A stretch of 7,470 nucleotides of DNA from Geosiphon pyriformis uo1. Its lineage: Eukaryota; Fungi; Glomeromycota. The stretch is taken from positions 1 through 7,470 of the forward strand of contig JAAOMT010000277.1 in the NCBI GenBank assembly GCA_016748015.1, written 5' to 3'. The translations under genes and the position numbers were made by a program. Shown in pieces: positions 1-7,470 of the stretch (its first letter is position 1; every line of letters begins with the position of its first letter). Below the pieces are notes generated by a model. That model ran no database searches. It was not told the origin of the DNA and saw nothing but the letters and a program-made list of their open reading frames with translations.

Positions 1-510
1 CCCCCCACCCCTAGTAAACTGGCTCTAAACGAGACCTCGCGTATACCCAGATCTAATATCTGATCCTAAATCGATAGAATGGATCTTTATTATGAGCTTA
101 CTCTTGAGCTTACCTGTACTCTGCGGCGCTACACCCTAAAGCTCCCCTCGGCACGATTGCCTGCTATATGCTCCATAAGGGCCTTGGCCATATTGGACAG
201 GTTCGCTTACCGCCACCGTATCCTGCTCCGCCAAGTCCCCCCCCCCTTGTCATGTGCGCCGGGGGCTCCGCATAACCCCCCCCCTGGTTTATGGGAGATC
301 AGGCCCCCACTCAAACAGCATACAACCGATCCACTCATTGCACACCATTATACTGCCCAGTAGTCGCTTTAGCCACCTGAGTACTACCATTTTGTACGAT
401 AGTTTGTTGGTAAGGTCCTAAAAAGGGCTAGAGGGGTCGAATTTTACTCCCACGTTCGCGCCAGCATTCGCCCCCCCCCCTCCAAGTACGCCCTTAGGGC
501 CCTATGTATT
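1..510. other. C-rich, CpG-retaining terminal block (candidate control, promoter or origin region)
   Basis: About 24 CpG in 500 bp, against ~6 in 510-1170 and 9 in 6001-6600. C tracts at 237-246, 276-284 and 471-480. Short direct repeat TGAGCTTAC at 93-101 and 105-113. Function is inferred. Confidence 0.4.
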
Positions 511-519
511 TGGTAACTG

Positions 520-1540
520 GTATACTTTAAATCAGTTTGGATCTCAATGGGATCCCGGACCCCCTACTGAGGTACAAAATGGTGATGGATGGACCCCAAA
601 GAGTGGTGGGATACTTGGGTATGGTGTAAACACACCACCATTTAGGCACAATGGATGGATGAATACAAGGTCCTGGTTTTTAGAGTTTGGAGTTTGGTAT
701 CACTTGTTGTGTGTGGTGTAAGAGTGTTGTGGTGGTCAAGGCCCCCCCCTATCCTAGTTAGATCCCGGTCTCAATAGGTTTCAATAGAATTTAGCTCCAT
801 TGCGGGAATGGGTATTCTTATGATGTGGGCGCCTACTATGATTTCTCTCTAGATTGGGGAGATTGTGGGGATCATGGGGTCCTTGGGGTAAGGGATCCAT
901 ACAACCTATAGGTAAGAATCATGTAGGGTACTGAGTAGGATATTGGTCTGGTTTTGTTTTTTGTAAAGAGCTTATTGAGTATGGGGATTGACCCTGGGTA
1001 CTTTTTGGGATCCTTCCCCCACACACACAAGGGATCCTTTGGGCTTTGGGGATACATGCAAAAAGGGGATCCGATGGGGGGGGGAGGTCAGACACATCCT
1101 TTACCTTTGACTAAATGGGTGGTTTGTGGTGATTGTAAATAGACTTTGTTCTTGTCTTGTGGAATTTTACGGACCTTTAGAGTCTAGCGATTGCGCCAGC
1201 TACCAACATACCCCAAATCCCTCTTTGGGTACCCATATCCCCAAACCCCTGGTCCCAAATACCCAGTACCCCGATTTGGGGCTACAATTTGGCTTCCTAT
1301 CCAATTGCGCGAATTTTGAAAGCCCATGGCGCCATTAATAGCTTACCCCTTTGTAGTCTATGTTTGGTTATGGTTTTTGTGGGTTTGTGGTTAGGTTTGG
1401 TTGGGGTAATAATAACCTAGTTGGATGGGATTGGCATTACCTATCCTTATTTTACCCCCCCCCTAATGGGGATGGTTGGGGCTTGGGTCCCTTATGTAAA
1501 CTGATGACCATGGCTTATTTGGTTTTTAGGTACTAAAAGA
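520..1540. other. G/T-skewed low-complexity spacer 1 with an internal C/A-rich island (~1200-1272)
   Basis: Runs such as GTTGTGTGTGGTG and GGTTTGTGGTTAGGTTTGGTTGGGG. The skew inverts at ~1200-1272. Four GGATCC sites fall within 893-1072. Confidence 0.6.
994..1266. repeat. Imperfect nested inverted repeat (fold-back)
   Basis: CTGGGTA 994-1000 pairs with TACCCAG 1260-1266, TTTGGGA 1004-1010 with TCCCAAA 1253-1259, TTTGGGGATA 1045-1054 with TATCCCCAAA 1236-1245, and GGGAT 1066-1070 with ATCCC 1217-1221. All pairings are collinear. Confidence 0.45.
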
Positions 1541-2552
1541 TTATTGCAGTCCCAAATATGGACCTTTGAGTTTGATGCGCCTGACCATAGTATTGGCCAT
1601 TTTCATAACCATTGATTTGGGAGGCTCTGCCTATTTTTGTATTGAGGTACAGTTTGGTAGCCTTCGCCGCACTCCAACTGCTGCTTTGCTATACCATACT
1701 TGTATACTGCTGAAAATCTAAGCATGCAAAAGCCCCCTATCTTATTAATCCAGATCCATTGGAGGATTGCAGATTTATACTGCGCCATATGCCCTTTAGC
1801 ACCTGTCTTCGAGATATTTGCCTATTGGACCCTCTAATAGCCCGTACGGGTCCGATAGCTGTATTGTATAATGAGTAGTGGAGGACTTGCGCATACTGTA
1901 GAGTGCTATGCTTGCTTTAACCAGGATATGGATTCATGATGAGAGAGGTCGGCGACCACTATAGCCATGAGATACTGGTATAGATATCCTACTGGATCCT
2001 CATAGGCGCCTGGGCGCTTTGGCTAAACCATATGATCACTATTATGGATCCTTGTACTTTTGCGCCAGAGCGATCCTTCTACGGACTTTAGATTAGAGGG
2101 GGATTTAGACTCCTAGCCCTGGGCGCCTGAGATAGAGATACGTCATGAGGGATTCCTGCTTGGGCGACGCGACATTCCCTATGGTAAGCTTTGGACTTGG
2201 TGTTGTTTTGGGGGGGAAGGTTGGCTTTTGTTTACTCTTGGGTTGCGCCGCTTTGCGCGATTCTCTTATACCTAGTGGTAAGCTTGGGTATATACACTAC
2301 AGTAAGGCCGCTGCTTGGATGGCTAGTCAATTGAAGCCTTTGCCACCTCCTGTAGGCGAAAAGCTTAATACGCCCATTGTATTTGGCTTGCCCAATCCCC
2401 AATCGTCTACTGCCAAATGCACACTTAGCGCATATGCAATTTGGTAAGACTTTGGTTTTATGAATGTTGGGTGGTGATTGGTGTTGTGGGATTTGTGTGG
2501 CTACAGTTGGTGGAGAGGGATTTGGTGGTGGGTTTGGGGTAGAGTAGTACAT
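1533..2552 (-). pseudogene. Possible second interrupted reading frame (~340 codons), unidentified
   Basis: Continues track ORF 2232..2552 in frame with 8 internal stops, all TAA or TAG. The other two minus frames have roughly 14 each. The bias is modest and not convincing alone. Confidence 0.2.
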
Positions 2553-3360
2553 CCACTTGGAGTTAGGAGGTGTTGTATTTTGGAGTTTTAAAGGTATTTG
2601 GGGGATTGGCTTGGAGTGTACGGTCTTGGGGTTATTAAGTTAGTTGGTTTGGTAATCCCTGTGTAATCCTGGGGTGGGTATGGAAGGACTTGTGATTGGG
2701 TATTTTTGAAGTCAGGTTTTGGGAGTTGTTGGTAAAGGGTGGGAGTGGTATTTGGAGGTCCTTAGGGGACCTATCTCCCCCCCTAGTTGTTTGGGTCCTT
2801 TGTTTTAGGGTCATTGGTTATTGGCGTTACCGTTGTTGTCTACCATGAATGGATAGGTAGTAGATATTGGGTTGTCGGGTTTGGGGTCTTGGTTGGGACC
2901 CCTTCACACCCCCTCACCTCTCCAAATCTTACAAGAGGGAGCTCCCCCGTACCAATTACCCACCTAAATGGTTTGGCCCCCAATCTTGCTTTTCTGCACC
3001 AATATCCCCCAGCCTGGGCTACTTACCCTATCCCCATGTACCATTTGTAGTCAGTTTTGCACTTAGGATCGCGGAGGGGTATTTGGTTGATTTGTTGGTG
3101 GTCCACTCAATACTACAATGGCCCCTTTGTTTTGGTTTACAATGGTTGTTTTTGTCCGTTGTAACCACAATAGGTTGGAGTGGTATGGTTTGGTTTTTGA
3201 AGTTTCAGTTTGTCAACCAAGTTGTTTTTTGGGGGGGTTACCCCCCCCCCTCTCCCCAGCAAAGGGAATGGGATCGATAAACTGATCCACGGGCGGGTTG
3301 ATTGGGGGATTGATTGGACCCATGGTTATTACAGGGGGGGTTACAAAGGGGTATTGTAAG
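2450..3360. other. G/T-skewed low-complexity spacer 2 with an internal C/A-rich island (~2897-3045)
   Basis: Nearly C-free tract at 2450-2760. The skew inverts at 2897-3045, then returns to G/T-rich. Confidence 0.6.
3231..3247. other. GC stem-loop G7-TTA-C7
   Basis: GGGGGGG at 3231-3237, TTA, then C10 at 3241-3250, preceded by T6. GGGGGGGTTAC recurs at 3334-3344. Confidence 0.55.
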
Positions 3361-3362
3361 GG

Positions 3363-5105
3363 TCATCTACCTAATTTTGGTCTAGTGGGTTTGTGGTGGA
3401 TTTGATTGGTACAGGGTGTTGGATGTATTTGTTGGGTAAGCTTTACAAGCGACTGTATTTGGCTTTTGATGACCATCCCCATCCAGTACTCTAGAAGCTT
3501 ATAATGGTTTGGTGCATGAGGGGCGACTCTTTCACACAACCAAGCTTTATGGCTATGGGACCAAGGACAGGTACTATTGGTACATACACCAAGTTATGGG
3601 TGGTCTCCCAGAGTAGGACTTTCTTACATCCTGATGAGGGTATAGGACCCCAAGCCCTCCCTTCTGAGGAAGCCTATAAGCAATACCATCCGGGGATCTG
3701 TAAAGGCCCCCAGTATAAACCGTAGAGTAACCTTATATTCGCCCCCCCCCTTTATTGGTAAGTCAGAAAGAAAGTTATTGATAGGCTTCAGTAAATACCA
3801 GTACTTGCCCTGCTTACCCAGGGTCCTCCTATGGCCCCGTGACCGATACCTCTCGTACCATCCATATCCAAATTCCCTCAATGATTGGGGGGAGGGCCTT
3901 ATGGGTAAAGGATCCACAGTATCTTTATTCTTACTAATTGGGTGAGGGAGTCATGGGGACTTTTGTAGGTAAGCTAATGAGCTCATTGGGTGCAGGTGGG
4001 GCCTTTTAGTACTTAGGGCTCGCTTTGGTGATTTGGCTCCAGTAGGGGACAGTAACCATTGGGGCTTCGGATACCCCCCCCCCAATCCCTCGTATATTGG
4101 GATGAATTGACTCCTGAGTACTATACCTTCATGGCGATCACATCCTGCCCTGGTTTTTTGAGACTCTGAGTACTCTACTAATGAGTAACGTATGCAAAAG
4201 GCTTTGACCCCCTTACTTTTTCCCATGCTTTTTGGAGTCTTGTGTATTAGTATCTGGGGCCCCCTGGCAATGAGAAATGAGTATGATTTGTACTTTGCTT
4301 ACTTGGCTCCATTGGTCCTTGTCTTTTGTACTGCAGGTCCAAGAGAAGGGCCGCCATCCTTATACCTCTATTTGTTACTATACCCGATTGGAGAGTTTAC
4401 TGTATAGACTAATGACATCTTAGCTTGGTCCAACTTGTAGAGCTGTGATGGCGTATTTTGGTACTGTACTTGGGTATAGACTTTTAGTACCCAGACCGTT
4501 ACTTTAAGGACTATGACTCCAAGCCTTTTGTAGGCATCAATGGCAGGTTTATGGGCTAGAAATGGTACTGTCTTTGATGGTTGGCTAGGAGTAGTACTTT
4601 GTGGGATCCAATTGCCCATTACAAAGCTAACTCTTATAAGCACTAGGTCCCAATTAAAGGCCTCTATTTAGGAGTGTTTGTGGGATATGGTTGATAGTTG
4701 TTTGTGGATTTAGACTGGTATTTTGATTACACAGGTATTCTGTATCTGAATTTGGAGCTTACCAAGTAGGGCTATTGCTCTGATATTTGCAGGATCGATC
4801 CACGCAGCCAGGTCCCTGGGTACCCTATTTTGCCCATGCTTATTTTGATAAGGGATAGAGAGATATCAATAACGTACAGGATTACCATTACTTAGCTTCT
4901 CGAATAGTAGTACTTGCTTTGCCTAATGGATGGGTATGGGGATAGTCTTTAGTGGTAGAGCTATTTTTGGAGTCCATTACTTTGGGTACTACCAGATATG
5001 CAATGAGGGAGGGATTAGATAGCTTATGAGTACAACCGTCTTGGTATTAAAGCGCACATGGTCCTTGGTATCCTTAAACAACAAACAGGCTTCGGTACCT
5101 ATATT
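3363..5105 (-). pseudogene. Stop-interrupted long reading frame (~581 codons), product unidentified; C-terminal part of a possible ~1050-codon gene
   Basis: Track ORFs 4368..4643, 3951..4226 and 3624..3917 are all in the same minus frame. Manual translation from 5105 to 3363 gives 11 internal stops (4989, 4977, 4923, 4866, 4710, 4668, 4368, 4299, 3951, 3624, 3594) plus TGA at 3363. That is 12 of ~80 minus-strand stop triplets in the interval, against ~27 expected per frame. Confidence 0.5.
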
Positions 5106-6522
5106 CTAAAGGGGGACTTATGAGCTGTACTTGTACAAGGGGCCCTCATCCTTGTTGGTTGGTGGTGGGTTGGAGCTTTAGAAGCTGGAGTGGGTACAAG
5201 GGCTTACTTAGACTGTTACCTTGCTCCTCAAGGGATGGCTATTGAGGACTCTTATTACCTATCTTATGACCCAATAAACCCCAAATGGGTAGCCATATGG
5301 GGATCAAGGGATCGATGGTATCTGAGGGAGTAAGCAGAGCTGAGGGTTGGGAGCGGATCTGTACAACTAAGCTCCTATACCTTACCAAACCCCCCCCCTA
5401 CGGGTCATAGTAGGTTTGAGTTATGTATGACCATGTTATAAGCTCCCATCATGCATTGAGCAAACCCATAATGGGACCAATCCCCAAGCGTCAGGTTGGT
5501 AGGCTATCATATAAGGTACCTATCAAGTATCCACGCACAGGAGATAAGTCCTGGTAAATTCTCCTTGCTATCTTGGTTGTATAAGACAACAGGGCTGGTA
5601 AGGGCCCCATAGGATATAGCTTAAAGCCAGTATCTGGATTACTGAGGACTCTTTGGTTTGTAAGCATATTGGTACATGATTACGATAAACAGCTTTGTTG
5701 GGCAAGTATAGCTATGCAAAGTGATAGGATACTCGGAGTGCTCAATCTACCCTCATGGGTTGGGTAGACTAGTACCCATGGGGACTGGTTGGTAGAGATC
5801 TCTATGTGGGAAGCAGGGAGTCGGCCGATGAAAGCTTTGTAGTGGGGTTGGTTTGAGACACGGGCAACCATCCATTACTTTGGTAAGAGCTCCGTTGACA
5901 ATTCCTTATCCCCCTACCTGTTGGAGTACTGATGGGACCAATAGGGTCCAAGTAATACTGGGTTACCTATCATTAGTCCTACAGCCCGCCTGTACTCGTC
6001 ATTACCACTGAGGTTGCCAATAAGGGGTTGGACTCTCTTTAGTAGTTGTTGGGATCCCTGGGGCATATGGATCTTAGCTCCCACAGGCCTATAAAGGACT
6101 CCCATCTGCTTTACTACCTGGTGGTAAACTTTGCTTTGTCCTATGGGGGCCCTACATATTGGGTACTGCCCTTATAAGGACCTATTACTTTTGTCCATAG
6201 CTCTACTATCTGGGTGGCTTTATGGTGGTGGCCCTTTGTATACGAATAAGTCGTATAACGTATGGTTTTGGTACGATATGACTAGTGCTTGGGGATTGTT
6301 TGTGGAGTCAGGGTTCAATGGATAGAGCTCTCTGACACACGGGTATCATGGGGAGTACTCTAGTACTGCCTACCTGGAGCCCTTAAAGTACGTCCTCATG
6401 GACCCAAGCCTGGGGGATCCCAAGTAAGGAGACTTGGCCACAGTAGCTCTAGATTTTGGTAGTCCCATACGGGGGATGGCGGTGGGATCCGCAAGTATTG
6501 GACATATGGACCCCACAGGCTT
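5074..6522 (-). pseudogene. Stop-interrupted long reading frame (~483 codons), product unidentified; probable upstream part of the same relic gene, offset by one base
   Basis: Track ORFs 5914..6105 and 5680..5871 share this frame. It has 12 internal stops (6370, 6346, 6220, 6172, 5914, 5875, 5680, 5491, 5449, 5398, 5239, 5146) out of ~70 stop triplets in the interval (~23 expected). It abuts the downstream frame near the G5 run at 5111-5115. Confidence 0.4.
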
Positions 6523-7346
6523 TTATACTCCATGGGTATTGAGTACTGTACCATGATTGATCTCCCTTATCCTGAAGCTACTCTAAATGTTATGATTACA
6601 GCTTTATTTCTCGACTGGTAAGTCATTGGGACTTTGGGTGGTATCTATGGATCTAAGGACTCTTGACTTTTGTACCAATGAGGCCCCCAATACCGGTTAT
6701 CTGTTCATGTATGGTAGAGTCAGACTAGTAAGCTATTGGGACCCCTATGGTAAGGTTCTGAAGCGTACCCCCCCTAGGGGAGGCTTGCATGGTACAGTAC
6801 GAGATCCTTTGTGGGTTGATGGGTAGTGCTTTGGGCCCTATTTGAGGACTTGGAGACTACTAAGGGATTTATAGGGTTATAGATTGGTGATCTATTCTAG
6901 TGTGGTTGGATTGGGTACTCAGATGGTATGGTAAGGTTAGATTGTAGATGGTACTTGATAGCTTTACTGTAGTCAGTAGTTCCCATAGTAGTTGGTCCTC
7001 AGTAGATTGTTGGTATAATGCCATCAGGAGTCCTTGTATTGGATGGTAGTCATTTGTAGCTTCTGGTATAGGGAGTCCTGTAAGGGCCCGCGGCGTAGGC
7101 GTGAAGTGGTTGGATTGGGACCTTTATTGTAAGATGTAGTCCCCAACCTGGGTATAGTTGGTACATGGTAGATTCTTTCTTTGACAGGCACTGTACTTTT
7201 GAGGACCAATGGGATCAAATAGGAGTCCTCTCATTGGAGCCTAGTATACTATGTGAGGGGTCCCTGTTGTACTGGGCATATTAGTACTATTCATTATAAG
7301 GGCCCAAGCAGAGGGAATGTTGGTATTTTGTCCTGGAAGGTTTGGA

Positions 7347-7470
7347 CCCCCCCACCCCCCCCAGCTCCCCCCCCCCTTCAAGTGGTCATCCCGACCTCCT
7401 TGCGGATCACAAATCATTCTTTGATACCCTTGCGACCCCCCCCCCTTTTGGCGCCTTTTTGGCCCCCCCC
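7347..7470. repeat. Cluster of five poly-C tracts (G-quadruplex-capable on the minus strand)
   Basis: C7 at 7347-7353, C8 at 7355-7362, C10 at 7367-7376, C10 at 7436-7445 and C8 at 7463-7470. Confidence 0.8.

Noticed and set aside
79-363. 94-aa + strand ORF, and the other short + strand ORFs (e.g. 2787..3050, 2867..3280, 4192..4407)
   Set aside because: No recognisable homology. Their length and hydrophobic or Pro-rich content are explained by base composition or by antisense overlap with the minus frame.
1825-2280. + frame with cox1-like echoes (DP, LY-x17-PGYG, WLNHMIT-IMD, LW...LF.GG, YLVV)
   Set aside because: The invariant HPEVY, the first His of WAHHM and HFH are missing, TAA/TAG stops interrupt the frame, and G/T-rich DNA yields hydrophobic look-alikes by chance.
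2285-2375. Minus-strand SPTGGGKG resembling the RecQ/SF2 helicase Walker A motif
   Set aside because: No DExH or other helicase motifs follow, and the frame is stop-rich.
2368-2400. Minus-strand GDWASQIQWAY resembling the tyrosine-recombinase G-x-W-x-S-x5-Y motif
   Set aside because: There is no upstream HxxR or catalytic Arg box; the upstream DNA is low-complexity spacer.
1191-5021. rRNA-like fragments GCCAGCTACC...CATAC (1195-1211) and GGGATTAGATA (5011-5021)
   Set aside because: They are isolated and 3.8 kb apart, the conserved GCGG of the 530 loop is absent, and no other SSU or LSU motifs are in register.
5914-6105. MPQG and GLMIGNP resembling RT or RdRp motif B
   Set aside because: No YxDD or GDD at the expected distance.
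495-7251. About 12 perfect palindromes of 10-12 bp (e.g. AATGAGCTCATT 3976-3987, TAGAGATCTCTA 5793-5804)
   Set aside because: About 7 are expected by chance in 7.5 kb, and they share no sequence or regular spacing.
1-7470. CRISPR array, DGR template/variable repeat pair, LTRs, terminal inverted repeats, tRNAs, classical RIP
   Set aside because: I found no regularly spaced or long direct or terminal repeats and no cloverleaf by eye. CpA/TpG is abundant rather than depleted.

Overview
I cannot confidently name any gene, RNA gene, CRISPR array or mobile element in this window. All computed ORFs are short (61-137 aa) and match no family I recognise, but the sequence is clearly structured. Its layout is: a C-rich, CpG-retaining block at both ends (1-510 and ~7340-7470, possibly one block of a circular molecule), a ~1 kb G/T-rich spacer containing a C/A island (~520-1540), a mixed segment (~1550-2450), a second spacer of the same design (~2450-3360), and a long segment (~3360-6520). 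In that long segment, minus-strand stop triplets are about two-fold under-represented in one frame, with a single frame change near 5100, as expected for a decayed, edited or recoded ~1050-codon gene. CpG and TTC/GAA are strongly depleted on both strands. 6-bp palindromes (GGATCC, AGTACT, GGGCCC) are enriched and C7-C10 tracts are frequent. An oriented GCGCC motif, three times paired with GAATTTT, is confined to the left third. My best inference is a non-prokaryotic element, such as a hypermutated eukaryotic retroelement or virus relic, or an organellar or extrachromosomal minichromosome. All counts are by hand and approximate.
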